DNA of 63,446 nucleotides, filler included. It is 5 parts of 5 records of this genome, joined end to end, with 100 filler letters (N's around TTAATTAATTAA, not from the genome) between each part and the next. Parts side by side here need not be neighbours in the genome. Positions count along the whole stretch, not along the records: positions 1 to 25,383 come from SRR31156797_5718; positions 25,484 to 36,976 come from SRR31156797_5727; 3 more parts are not named here. One strand, written 5' to 3'. Every line of letters begins with the position of its first letter. Position 1 is the stretch's first letter. Below the pieces are notes generated by a model that saw only the letters and a program-made list of their open reading frames with translations, ran no database searches and had not been told where the DNA came from. The translations under genes and the position numbers were made by a program. Of this stretch, positions 21,542 to 30,995 are shown in pieces.

Positions 21542-24015
21542 GCCGAACTTATACTGTAAAAAGCGGCGATACCTTACTTGGTATCGCTGTTAAAAATCAT
21601 GTTGATTTCAATCAGATTTTAACGTTAAACCCTCAATACCAATCTAACCCCGATTTAATTCACCCCGGTGAGGTAATTAAGTTCCCTGAAGAGTTTAAGT
21701 TAGAAGATATTCAGTCGATTTGCCCTATTGATCCTCCAGCACCCAACAGACCGCTCGCTTCTGAAGGGTGCATAGAAAAAGATCCACAGTGCAAAGGCAT
21801 TGATATAAAAAACTTTCTGTTTCAAACCGACGATAAAGGGAAGTGCTTTTTCTGTTTGGATGAAGAGTCCCAGAAGTACTTGGAAGAGGAAATCAGCCAA
21901 ACCGAAAAGTTGATTACGGCGTTTCATGAGCTTTCCCAACAAGCTCCTAAAGCGGAAGAAGCAACAGAGCAGAAGCTTCTCGAACATCAGAACAAGAAAA
22001 AACAGTGGGCGATTGATGCGGTGAATGCTGGTGCTATTGCACCTGAGACGGTAGCTGACAAGGGGGAAACCGCTGAAGACGATACAAGCACTAACAAGAA
22101 GAAACTCGAGGAAAGAATCGAAGTTTTAAAGCGTCGTCTAATCTTTACTACTATTTACAATCCTTTATTTAGAGAGTCATCAGTTGATGTCGTTAAAAAG
22201 CAAGCAATAAAGCGGCTTAATCAGGAGCTTGAAGGTTGTAAAGCCCTATTAAATCAGCTTGACCAAGGTAAAGAATCTTCAGCAAGCCCAAACCCTTCGG
22301 GGATAGGAAAGGTCAAGTTAGAAAATTTTGCTAACAGTAAAACGTTAACTACCCAACCAGCCCAAAGGCATGTGGTTGAAGTGTTTTCTGCATCACACAA
22401 CCGCTTGGTTTACATACGAGCGGTGTTCCTTGAGCGAGAGAAGGTTCACTGGAAAAAGCGTAGCGTGACAGAAAAAATGTTGTCTTCATTGAAAGCGGGT
22501 AACACGGCGGAGTTTAAGCAGGCAATATTAAAAGATATTAAAGAAAGTATCACCAAGGACATTGAAAACCCTGGCATAGATATGGTGATCAAATCGTGGA
22601 ACGCAGATGGTGGTAAAAAGAAAGAGTGGAAGGCCAGCCAGTACATTCTAACGGATAGTGGTGAAACCCGTTTTGCGGCAAGTGCTGAAGCTCAGCTGCT
22701 TCGTTGGGGGATGGGCGCAAAAATAAAATCTACAGTGAAGCCTTTAGATGGTCAGATTGATATCGGTATCAGTGCTGAAGCTAAAGTAGCACTGGCTGAG
22801 GCATCGGTTAAGTTTGAGTCATTCCTTCCTTACGAAGCCGGTTTCCCTATTTCGTTAACTTACACTGACATCAATAAGAAAGAGCAACAATATTCATTTG
22901 GCCGTTTTCGTACCAAAGGTTGTTTGACAATGAGTTGTTTTGTTGGCGCTGTAGGTAGTGCTACTGCTGAAGCAAGCAATCAAGTCGAAGAGCAAACAGC
23001 GGGTCATACTGTATTGCTCTCTCCATCTATTTCAATGGATGAGAGTCAAGGTCGAATTGGGGTTAAAGCTGAAGGTTTTGCGGGGGCACAGGTTGGCGGT
23101 GAGTTAACTGGTGGCTTTGAGTGGTTACATCCTGATAAAAAGTCGAATAGTTCAGGGTTTGCTAGTTTGGCAGAGTTGAAAGCTGAAGGTAATGTGTCGT
23201 TAGGTGTTGGCGCTAGTGGTGATTTTCAATTGGCTCTTGACCGTGGGCGTTTGATTTTTTATTGCAACGGAACCATTGTTTGGGGATCTGGCGGCGGAGG
23301 CGGTTTTGGTGCTGCTGCTAACTTTGAACAAATCTGGGAACTAGTTTTAGTTATTTTAGATGGTTTGCAGCGTATTGATTATAGAAAGTTAAGCAATTTG
23401 AATGGCTTGATGTATGAATATCTAGTTAACTCTAGCTATATGGCATTTGCTACCAATATGGTTAAAGCTGTAAAAAATCCTTCAATGGCTCTAAAAAATG
23501 CTATCGAAGCTGGAGAAGGTGCTTTGGAAGACTGGTATTTAAATCGGTTGTCACGCAAAAACGAAGCTGAGATGTTAGCTAGTAGGATTCTTAATGAGGA
23601 AGTTTGGTCAGGGGTTGATCCTAGTCAGTTACTTCCTGAAACAATAGGTATGATGCTCCATCTTTTAACGGAAACGTTTGTTGAATCTTTGGAAGAGAAA
23701 CAAGAACAAGCGATTACCCACTTGTTATCCAATACAATAAATAATTGGCGTAAGTTTGAAGAAGTTTTAGTTCGTGTTAACTCTACAGGCTCAAAGCAGG
23801 AAGAAGAGCTTGCTATGTTGGATAATTTGGCTCGAATTAATGCGATCTTGGATGGTAAGCAACAAAAGCAGTTTAATCAGTGGGTATTTAATTTGATTCA
23901 AAATGGGTATACAGATGTAAGTACTGTCACTTCTGCTTTCGATTACTCAACTCCTAATCAAATGCGTGAAAAAAGAGAACTGGTACAAGAGCAGTATGCT
24001 AATTTAAGCGCTTAG
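21538..24015 (+). CDS. Putative T6SS effector with N-terminal LysM and Gly/Ala-rich central region
   Basis: YTVKSGDTL...LNPQ...PDLIHPGEVI LysM; ATGA overlap with DUF4123 gene; no recognisable catalytic motif. Confidence 0.8.
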   Translation: MSRTYTVKSGDTLLGIAVKNHVDFNQILTLNPQYQSNPDLIHPGEVIKFPEEFKLEDIQSICPIDPPAPNRPLASEGCIEKDPQCKGIDIKNFLFQTDDKGKCFFCLDEESQKYLEEEISQTEKLITAFHELSQQAPKAEEATEQKLLEHQNKKKQWAIDAVNAGAIAPETVADKGETAEDDTSTNKKKLEERIEVLKRRLIFTTIYNPLFRESSVDVVKKQAIKRLNQELEGCKALLNQLDQGKESSASPNPSGIGKVKLENFANSKTLTTQPAQRHVVEVFSASHNRLVYIRAVFLEREKVHWKKRSVTEKMLSSLKAGNTAEFKQAILKDIKESITKDIENPGIDMVIKSWNADGGKKKEWKASQYILTDSGETRFAASAEAQLLRWGMGAKIKSTVKPLDGQIDIGISAEAKVALAEASVKFESFLPYEAGFPISLTYTDINKKEQQYSFGRFRTKGCLTMSCFVGAVGSATAEASNQVEEQTAGHTVLLSPSISMDESQGRIGVKAEGFAGAQVGGELTGGFEWLHPDKKSNSSGFASLAELKAEGNVSLGVGASGDFQLALDRGRLIFYCNGTIVWGSGGGGGFGAAANFEQIWELVLVILDGLQRIDYRKLSNLNGLMYEYLVNSSYMAFATNMVKAVKNPSMALKNAIEAGEGALEDWYLNRLSRKNEAEMLASRILNEEVWSGVDPSQLLPETIGMMLHLLTETFVESLEEKQEQAITHLLSNTINNWRKFEEVLVRVNSTGSKQEEELAMLDNLARINAILDGKQQKQFNQWVFNLIQNGYTDVSTVTSAFDYSTPNQMREKRELVQEQYANLSA

Positions 24016-24050
24016 TTTTGTAAAACAACATTCATAAAGACAATAACTGT

Positions 24051-24091
24051 AAGTTTCACTATGTATGTTTTTGGTGAACATAGTGAAACTT
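24051..24091. terminator. 14-bp perfect inverted repeat between the convergent effector and immunity genes
   Basis: AAGTTTCACTATGT-13 nt-ACATAGTGAAACTT. Confidence 0.65.
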
Positions 24092-24101
24092 CTACGATGT
24101 G

Positions 24102-25145
24102 TTATGGAAATACGGGAGAACTTTTCTGCAGAGCACAACGAAAGCTGGTTGAAGCTTTGAACTTACTGTAGCCCTCAGAGTGTAAGCGCGAAAACGTCAT
24201 AGTGACACCAAAACTATCTCGTTGAACTTTTTCGGTCCCAGTTTCTGGACCCTGAGGATTATGTTCTGGTGAATTTAGGTAGTAATCTTTCGCATACCAG
24301 TCATTCACCCATTCAGCGACTTGGTTACTCATACCATAAACACCAATTGGGTTAGGTGGATAAGCGTCGACATTCTCCATCCTTTTAGGTGCGTTCACTT
24401 CATCATTAACATAGTCAACCCAATAACCCGTTGTGGGGTTGTAATAACTTCCGCCTTGTAACTGTAAGTATCCCGTGTTCGTGGCGAAGTAATGATGTTG
24501 ACCGCGACTTCTTGCTGCATACTCCCATTGAGCTTCGGTAGGTAGATCAAATGGGAGATCCGTAACTTGATTAAGCCATAGGCAGTAATCTTTGCTATCT
24601 TGCCATTTTTTAGTGAAGGCTGCGTATGAGTTTAATTTATTTAATCTTTGTTGGTGTTCTTGAGAGCCACGAATATAACTTGATTCATCAAGCTTTTGAT
24701 CGGCGACGGGTAAGTTATTGACTTTTCGCATTACTTCCATATCGGCATAAGTAGTTTCAAACTTGGCAATGGAATAGGAATCTAAAGTTACTTTATGTAG
24801 GTTCTCTTCTCCTGAACCACCAAATATCGAGTAACATTTATGATCGGGTGACCAGTCAATTCTTTCTCTTGTCTTATGTGGCAGTTCACATGGTGCTTTA
24901 AAATCCCCCATATCAAAGCTGCCACCTTCAACAAATACCAAGTTTTCTATCGCTCTGACGGCAACGTCAGCGATTTCTTGTTGTTCATCAAGTGTTGAAT
25001 TCGGGTAATGTTTGAGGATATTGGTTTTAATGATTTCAGCTTGCTCAGCACTAATATGATCACTGTCGATCTGGATAGTGGAGCTGGTGTTACAGGCAGA
25101 TAACAAGGGCAGTAAAAGCGTTACGCCTAACCATGACGGTTTCAT
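24102..25145 (-). CDS. FGE/SUMF1-fold lipoprotein, probable T6SS immunity protein
   Basis: Lipobox LSAC; FVEGGSFDMGD, LPTEAQWEYAAR, PPNPIGVYGM..VAEWVNDWY, terminal FRC. Confidence 0.85.
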   Translation of the reverse strand: MKPSWLGVTLLLPLLSACNTSSTIQIDSDHISAEQAEIIKTNILKHYPNSTLDEQQEIADVAVRAIENLVFVEGGSFDMGDFKAPCELPHKTRERIDWSPDHKCYSIFGGSGEENLHKVTLDSYSIAKFETTYADMEVMRKVNNLPVADQKLDESSYIRGSQEHQQRLNKLNSYAAFTKKWQDSKDYCLWLNQVTDLPFDLPTEAQWEYAARSRGQHHYFATNTGYLQLQGGSYYNPTTGYWVDYVNDEVNAPKRMENVDAYPPNPIGVYGMSNQVAEWVNDWYAKDYYLNSPEHNPQGPETGTEKVQRDSFGVTMTFSRLHSEGYSKFKASTSFRCALQKSSPVFP

Positions 25146-25314
25146 GAAAAATCCCTCTATTTCAATCGTGTCAATTCAACAATTGCAGGTTATAAAAAAC
25201 TTTTATCAGCAGCGACAAAAGTAATATTGATATGCATATTGTGTCACAAAATAAGGTGGGGGAGTATTTTATACGCGGGTAGTTCGGTGAAGTTTGTGTC
25301 AAAGTTTGGATTTG

Positions 25315-25383
25315 TATACTCAAGTGACCTCAAGATACAGGATTCAGAGCTGTATCAACGAGTTCAGAGCAAGCTTAATAACG
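25315..25383. repeat. Second copy of the MITE-like repeat, truncated at the contig end
   Basis: TATACTCAAGTGACCTCAAGATACAGG, inverted match to 1-36. Confidence 0.7.
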
Positions 25384-25483
25384 NNNNNNNNNNNNNNNNN
25401 NNNNNNNNNNNNNNNNNNNNNNNNNNNTTAATTAATTAANNNNNNNNNNNNNNNNNNNNNNNNNNNNNNNNNNNNNNNNNNNN
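25384..25483. other. Artificial contig linker
   Basis: 44 N + TTAATTAATTAA (stops in all six frames) + 44 N. Confidence 0.99.
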
Positions 25484-25729
25484 CATGTAGATCATGTTAT
25501 CCACACCATTGATTTGCTGTTCCAGGGGTGTTGCAACCGATTCTTCAACGCTAACGGCATTTGCACCGGTGTAGTTGGCACGTACCTGCACTATGGGCGG
25601 TGTAAGGTTGGGGTACTGTTCGATGGGTAATCCGATCATCGAAACCGCTCCAACTATCACGATGACGATGGCAATTACCATAGCGACAATAGGCCGCCTC
25701 ACAAAAAAGTTTCCTTTATCAGCAGCCAT
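25484..25729 (-). CDS. RND efflux permease (AcrB family), 5' fragment
   Basis: FFVRRPIVAMV, LPIEQYPNLTPP, YTGANA, VATPLEQQINGV; truncated by linker. Confidence 0.93.
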
Positions 25730-25731
25730 AT

Positions 25732-26907
25732 TTACTTAGTATTTGTTTGTTTTGATGTATAGGTGGTTACTTTTGGTTGAACCATCATACCACTTCTTAC
25801 CTTTTGCAATCCTTCCAATACAATGGATTCGTTTCCTTCGAGCCCGCTACCCACAATGTAATAATCTTTGTAATTGTCCAGAATCACTATCGGCCTGATC
25901 TCCACCTTTGAGCTATCATTTACTACATACACACTAAAACTCCCCTGTACTTCATTAACTGCTTGTTGTGGAATCAACATGGCGTTATCAATTTTGTCCA
26001 TTTCTACAATGAGCCTGGCGAACTGGCCCGGACGCAATATCCGTTTCGGATTGGGAAATTCGGCCTGTATGAGTATCGAACCGGTAGATGGATTAACTCC
26101 ACGGTCGAGGAAGGTTACATATCCAATTTCATCATAAATACTGCCATCCGCTAATTTCATCCTGATTCCGGCTGCTTCACCACTATCACGTTTTTTAATT
26201 CTACCTTTTTCAGCAATCAACTCGCGGGCAATTGCGAGATATTGTGCCTCACTGAGGAAAAATTCAACAAGCACATCATTGATATTGGAAACTTCATTGA
26301 GATATGATGAGCTGGGGTCACGACCTACAAAATCGCCAACCTTGGCCTGGGTTTTTCCAATAATGCCATCAATAGGTGATTTAATTTTTGTATAACTCAA
26401 TTCGATTTCGGCAAACTCGAGGTTGGCCCTGGCTGCTTCAACACTGGCCTGGGCAGCTTCGAACTGGGCTACGGCCGCATCAAGGTCGCTTTGCGAAACA
26501 GCATTATTTTCGGCCAGTGGCCTGATGCGGCTTAAATCACTTTCGGCCTTTGCCAGCATGGTTTTAGCCTCAGCAAGCCCGCTCATTTGGGCGGCTACTT
26601 TGGCTTTAAAAGGCTGGGGATCGATGGTGTAAAGTAGTTGCCCTTTCTCAACCCTAAATCCTTCTTCGAAATGGATACCTTCTAGAAAGCCTTCTACCCT
26701 GGCACGGATGGTAATATCCTTTGAGCCATAAATCTGCCCGACAAATTCCTGGTGAATCGGAACATCCTGTCTCACAATTTTAACAACAGGAATTTCTGGT
26801 GGTGCCTGCGTTTTGGTTTGTTTTTTTTCCCCGCAACTCACCGTAATGATTATCATCACGAATGTTAGTAGCGGAAACAAGCTTGAGTTGTGGAATTTAA
26901 TTTTCAT
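25732..26907 (-). CDS. RND efflux periplasmic adaptor (MFP) lipoprotein
   Basis: Lipobox VSC, IRARVEG, GQLLYTIDP, IKSPIDG, LRPGQF. Confidence 0.95.
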   Translation of the reverse strand: MKIKFHNSSLFPLLTFVMIIITVSCGEKKQTKTQAPPEIPVVKIVRQDVPIHQEFVGQIYGSKDITIRARVEGFLEGIHFEEGFRVEKGQLLYTIDPQPFKAKVAAQMSGLAEAKTMLAKAESDLSRIRPLAENNAVSQSDLDAAVAQFEAAQASVEAARANLEFAEIELSYTKIKSPIDGIIGKTQAKVGDFVGRDPSSSYLNEVSNINDVLVEFFLSEAQYLAIARELIAEKGRIKKRDSGEAAGIRMKLADGSIYDEIGYVTFLDRGVNPSTGSILIQAEFPNPKRILRPGQFARLIVEMDKIDNAMLIPQQAVNEVQGSFSVYVVNDSSKVEIRPIVILDNYKDYYIVGSGLEGNESIVLEGLQKVRSGMMVQPKVTTYTSKQTNTK

Positions 26908-26995
26908 ATATTTAGATATTGATTTCTCTGTAAATCATAACAAAATTAGGGTTTTATGAACGTTTGAAGTTTACCTGATTCACTTTTAAGCTTTT

Positions 26996-27658
26996 TTAAT
27001 CTAAAATAGCAGCTGCCCTAACCGGTGAACCATCCCCTTCTTTTATCTTTAGCGGAAAAGTGGAAAGTTTAAAGTAATCAGAATTAATGTTATGCAAGTT
27101 TGTCAAATTTTCGATGATATATAAGCCGTTTCCAAGAATAATTTTATGAATCGGATAATCATCCGAATCGATTGAATCAATTGAGATAACATCCAAACCT
27201 ATACCGAATATCTGTTTATTAACAAGAAATTTTGCTGCTTTTGCTGATAAAACCGGAAAATGGTCAAAATAATTCTCCGTACCCCAAAACTTATACCATC
27301 CTGTATAAATTATAATCCATGATATATCCTCCCATTCTACATCCAGATTTTCGAAATATGAAGCCGGTATCAATTCGCCTCTACCGAATTTTGTACAATC
27401 AGCCAGGTATGTATTACCCAGTAAGTCATTAAGATCGGATGAATCCGTAGCCTTTCCATTTGCTATAAAATGAAGCGGACAATCCAGATGTGTTCCGTGA
27501 TGTGTAGCAATATCCATCCTGGTCACCTGTGCACCATCTTCTTTATGAGTCATTGATTTTTGAAATACCGGTGCTGTATCTCCCGGAAAAACAGGCATAT
27601 CATTTTGAAGGGTATGCGAAAGGTCGATTACTTTCATGCGCTTGTGGTTAAAAATCAT
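26996..27658 (-). CDS. Cyclase / kynurenine formamidase family metal hydrolase
   Basis: IDLSH, HHGTHLDCPLH, IIENL, DGSPVRA; true start may be 27637. Confidence 0.9.
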   Translation of the reverse strand: MIFNHKRMKVIDLSHTLQNDMPVFPGDTAPVFQKSMTHKEDGAQVTRMDIATHHGTHLDCPLHFIANGKATDSSDLNDLLGNTYLADCTKFGRGELIPASYFENLDVEWEDISWIIIYTGWYKFWGTENYFDHFPVLSAKAAKFLVNKQIFGIGLDVISIDSIDSDDYPIHKIILGNGLYIIENLTNLHNINSDYFKLSTFPLKIKEGDGSPVRAAAILD

Positions 27659-27685
27659 ACATGACTCATGTTATCAGGGCAACTT

Positions 27686-28081
27686 TTACAGGCTTAATAT
27701 TTTTTGCCTGGCTTTATCGATCAATGCCCTTTCAGGTGGTTCGATACCGTTGTGTGCAAGTGCAACATTCTCCATCAGGTTGAGGCAGGTCAGTTTCATT
27801 TCTTCATCAATATCTTCCTTGTTGGCATCCAGGAATTCAGAAAAATTCTGGTATGCTTCTTTAACGGAAATATTGTTATCCCGCAGCCTGTGAAACTCTT
27901 TTTCAGTATTAAAAGCAAGCAATGCATCGCGGCCTTTTCCGGTTTTGGCTTCCAGATCAACCAATTGTGAAATCACGAAATTGAAAATCTTCCCAACTTC
28001 TTCAATTTGTATGCTGCCATCAGCTTTTGCAATGGCATAAACAAGTTGGCCAACTGCGGTATAGTAGTCTTTATAATCCAT
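27686..28081 (-). CDS. TerB-like protein
   Basis: AIAKADG...EE and VALAHNGIEPPE helical motifs. Confidence 0.7.
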   Translation of the reverse strand: MDYKDYYTAVGQLVYAIAKADGSIQIEEVGKIFNFVISQLVDLEAKTGKGRDALLAFNTEKEFHRLRDNNISVKEAYQNFSEFLDANKEDIDEEMKLTCLNLMENVALAHNGIEPPERALIDKARQKILSL

Positions 28082-28284
28082 TGATCTAAATTTCAGCGAA
28101 AATAATAAAAGACAGTGAATTAAATTCAAGATTAGAAAACAGAATTCATTTCATACAATAAAGCTTTCATTGCTCATTCCGGACAATTGTTTTTGGAATA
28201 AAAGTTTTCGAAGGTTTGCAAAGACGCGATGCTTTGAGTTCCAATAACCTCATTAAATCAATACTTATAACAAATAACTTAAAA

Positions 28285-29544
28285 CTACCAGGAAACCTCT
28301 TTTCTCCTCACTGGCATGGTCATGCAGCGAGCACCACCACCGCCACGTGAAAGTTCAGAACCATCAATGGTTACCACATATTTTTGATAATCATCCAGAT
28401 TAATTTTTTCTTTGATAACATCCTTTGCCGTGATTACTTCATATCCGTTTTTGTTAAGTTCCTCAATGGTGGCTACATTGCGGTTATACCCGATCACCTT
28501 ACCAGGGCCAAGGGCAAAAAAGTTTGCTCCGCTATGCCACTGCTCACGCTCCTGCGTCCACTGGTCTGCTGTTCCGCCACAGTGTATCGGTTTCATATCC
28601 ACACCCAGTTTCGACAGGGAATCCAGGATATTCTTTTCTTCATAGATTTCTACCTTGCCGTTATCGATGGTAATATGGATGGTTTTAAAGCGGTTGGGCT
28701 GCATTACCACCGGCTCATAAACCATGCATTCGCTCTGGCTCAGGAAAGTAAATACCATATCGAGATGGATGAACGACTCGCGTTCTGTAGGCAACTCCTG
28801 AACTATGATATGCTTTACGCCTTCACTGTCTTTCAGTTTATCGATGATCACATCCACGCCGTCGGGTGTTGTGCGGGATCCAATGCCGATCAGGATCAGG
28901 TCATCACGGCCTACCAACACATCCCCCCCCTCAATGCTCACATCTTTGCATTTACCGGAGCCGGCTGCTGCCGAAAAAGTCCTTGTATTAAATTCAGGGT
29001 AATAATCAAAAATAGCTTCCATGATCTGCGCCTCCCTGTCGCGAACAGGACTGGCCATTTTAGAAACCAAAACCTGGTTGCCAATGGAGACGGAAGCATC
29101 ACGTGTAAAGAAAAAATTATGCAATGGCCTGATGGCAAACCGTTGATGACTTAAAAACCGTGAAAGGCTATCACGCCGGAGTTCTACGCCTTCAATCAAT
29201 TGCCTGGCTAAATCGGTGGGTTCCAGTTCATGCAAAAATTCAACAGTCCTTGGATCAGAGCAGGTATTCCATACCTTTTGCACCAAATCTGATTTTACCT
29301 TATCATTATTCAGGATATAGGCCAGTAAATCTTCAACCTCATAAACCCGGCAAACTTTTTCCAAAACCCCATTTAATTGCGCATATTCCTGTTTGGCAAC
29401 TGCCAGGTTTAAAATATCGCTATAAAGTGCACGCTCTGCATTTTCAGGTGTCATATTCTCCACTTCCCGCCCAACAGTGTGTATGATAACTCCTTCAAGC
29501 TCCCCCACTTCCGAATTCACATTTATGCTGTAATCTTTTTGCAT
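28285..29544 (-). CDS. arcA: Arginine deiminase
   Basis: SEVGELEGVIIH, FFTRD, IEGGD, IHLDMVF, SELSRGGGGARCMTMP. Confidence 0.95.
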   Translation of the reverse strand: MQKDYSINVNSEVGELEGVIIHTVGREVENMTPENAERALYSDILNLAVAKQEYAQLNGVLEKVCRVYEVEDLLAYILNNDKVKSDLVQKVWNTCSDPRTVEFLHELEPTDLARQLIEGVELRRDSLSRFLSHQRFAIRPLHNFFFTRDASVSIGNQVLVSKMASPVRDREAQIMEAIFDYYPEFNTRTFSAAAGSGKCKDVSIEGGDVLVGRDDLILIGIGSRTTPDGVDVIIDKLKDSEGVKHIIVQELPTERESFIHLDMVFTFLSQSECMVYEPVVMQPNRFKTIHITIDNGKVEIYEEKNILDSLSKLGVDMKPIHCGGTADQWTQEREQWHSGANFFALGPGKVIGYNRNVATIEELNKNGYEVITAKDVIKEKINLDDYQKYVVTIDGSELSRGGGGARCMTMPVRRKEVSW

Positions 29545-29567
29545 GATCCTAAATTTTTGATTTTGCA

Positions 29568-29575
29568 CAAAAGTA
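29568..29575 (-). promoter_or_regulatory. Bacteroidota -7 promoter element for arcA
   Basis: TACTTTTG (TAnnTTTG). Similar elements at 26941-26948(-), 32564-32571(+), 34066-34073(-) and 34344-34351(+) support a Bacteroidota origin. Confidence 0.65.
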
Positions 29576-29677
29576 CGAAAAGCACTTCGATACACTGCCA
29601 ACTAAGAATGTGAGACCAACAAAAACAAAAACCTTAATATTGGGTTAATATGCCCGCAAACCCATGATTCTTTTAAT

Positions 29678-30337
29678 ATGGACGATAGAAATGACCTGAA
29701 AAAATTCACAATAAAAAGCAATGTAGAAATTGCTCCCGGTGTTTTTGTTTTGAAGTATAAACGGGATTTCACCTTTGTTCCCGGGCAGGTTGTTGGATTA
29801 ACCCTTGATCCTGAAATCGCTCCACGCATGTACAGTATTGCCAGCGGGATGCAGGATGATGACATCTGGATACTTTTCAACATCAGGCCCGAAGGCGAAC
29901 TTACTCCTCCCCTTTCAGAGGCCAAAAAGGGAGATCAAATTTATGCAACTGGCCCATCAGGGAATTTTTTTGGTACTGCAAAACCCTCAACATGGATTGC
30001 TTCCGGAACCGGAATCGCTCCTTTTGTTTCGATGTGGCGATCGGGAATCCGAAAGGATAAGGTCCTGATCCATGGTGGCCGGTTTTTACATTCGTTTTAT
30101 TTTCAGGATGAATTTTTGGATGAACTGGGGGATGATTTCATCAGATGCTGTTCGCAGGAATCCGCTGAAGGTACTTATCACGGAAGGCTCACGCAATGGC
30201 TAAAGGACCAACCGGAATTACCACCAGACAGAAAGTATTATCTTTGTGGTAGCGCCGAAATGGTGGTTGACACGAGGGATATATTGATCGACAAGCATGT
30301 TCCTTATGAAAATATTTTGGCAGAGATTTATTTTTAA
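29678..30337 (+). CDS. FAD/NAD(P)-binding oxidoreductase (ferredoxin-NADP reductase-like)
   Basis: RMYSIAS, GELT, ASGTGIAPF, YLCGSAEMV. Confidence 0.9.
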   Translation: MDDRNDLKKFTIKSNVEIAPGVFVLKYKRDFTFVPGQVVGLTLDPEIAPRMYSIASGMQDDDIWILFNIRPEGELTPPLSEAKKGDQIYATGPSGNFFGTAKPSTWIASGTGIAPFVSMWRSGIRKDKVLIHGGRFLHSFYFQDEFLDELGDDFIRCCSQESAEGTYHGRLTQWLKDQPELPPDRKYYLCGSAEMVVDTRDILIDKHVPYENILAEIYF

Positions 30338-30341
30338 AACT

Positions 30342-30635
30342 ATGAGCAACCAGGAAAGAATTGAAAACAAATTAAGAGAATTGATTCCGGATTTACGTTT
30401 GAATTATAACGTGAGTAGGATTGGGCTATTCGGATCTATAAATACAGATCAATTTAATGACAAATCTGATGTTGATATTTTGGTCGATTTTTCAAAAGTA
30501 CCTGGGTGGGAGTACTTTGATCTTATTGAATACCTGGAAAAAGAACTGGGACGTGAAATTGATCTTGTTACGGTGAATGCACTAAAACCGCGATTAAAAG
30601 ATAGTATTCTCTCACAGGTCAATTACCTTTCATGA
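30342..30635 (+). CDS. Minimal nucleotidyltransferase (MNT) antitoxin
   Basis: GLFGS-x10-DVD, IDLVT; 97 aa; overlaps HEPN gene. Confidence 0.9.
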   Translation: MSNQERIENKLRELIPDLRLNYNVSRIGLFGSINTDQFNDKSDVDILVDFSKVPGWEYFDLIEYLEKELGREIDLVTVNALKPRLKDSILSQVNYLS

Positions 30636-30995
30636 AGCAATATAGAGATTACATATTGTATCTTGAGGATATAGAAGATGCTATGCATCATGTATTTGAG
30701 TTTACCAAAGGGTTCGATTATAAGAAGTTCAAATCAACCAGATTAGTTGTTGATACTGTGATCAGGAATTTTGAGATTATGGGCGAAGCGACTAAAAACG
30801 TTCCTGAAGATATCAAACAAAAATACCCCGAGATGCCCTGGAGTAAAATTTTATCGATTGAGCAACGTCATCTCCCATGATTATTTTGGTATTGACTATG
30901 AAGTGATCTGGAAAATCATTTCAGAATACCTACCAGAAAATCACCAACAAATTCTATCAATTATTGAAAAAGAACGTGACAAGTCAAATGAATAA
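30632..30995 (+). pseudogene. HEPN/DUF86 (HepT-like) toxin, frameshifted
   Basis: N-part (IRNFEIMGEA..PEMPW) continues in the +1 frame as YRLSNVISHDYFGIDYEVIW; break at AAAATTTT near 30845-30852. Confidence 0.8.

Noticed and set aside
25428..25439. TTAATTAATTAA repeated four times in the window as a possible biological repeat
   Set aside because: Always centred in 44+44 N; a synthetic six-frame stop linker.
25227..25439. 70-aa ORF at the end of the Vibrio contig
   Set aside because: Runs through the repeat and the N linker; no coding evidence.
30845..30852. Programmed frameshift in the HEPN gene
   Set aside because: Needs a +1 shift with no stimulatory signal seen, and the catalytic Arg is also missing; decay or assembly error is simpler.
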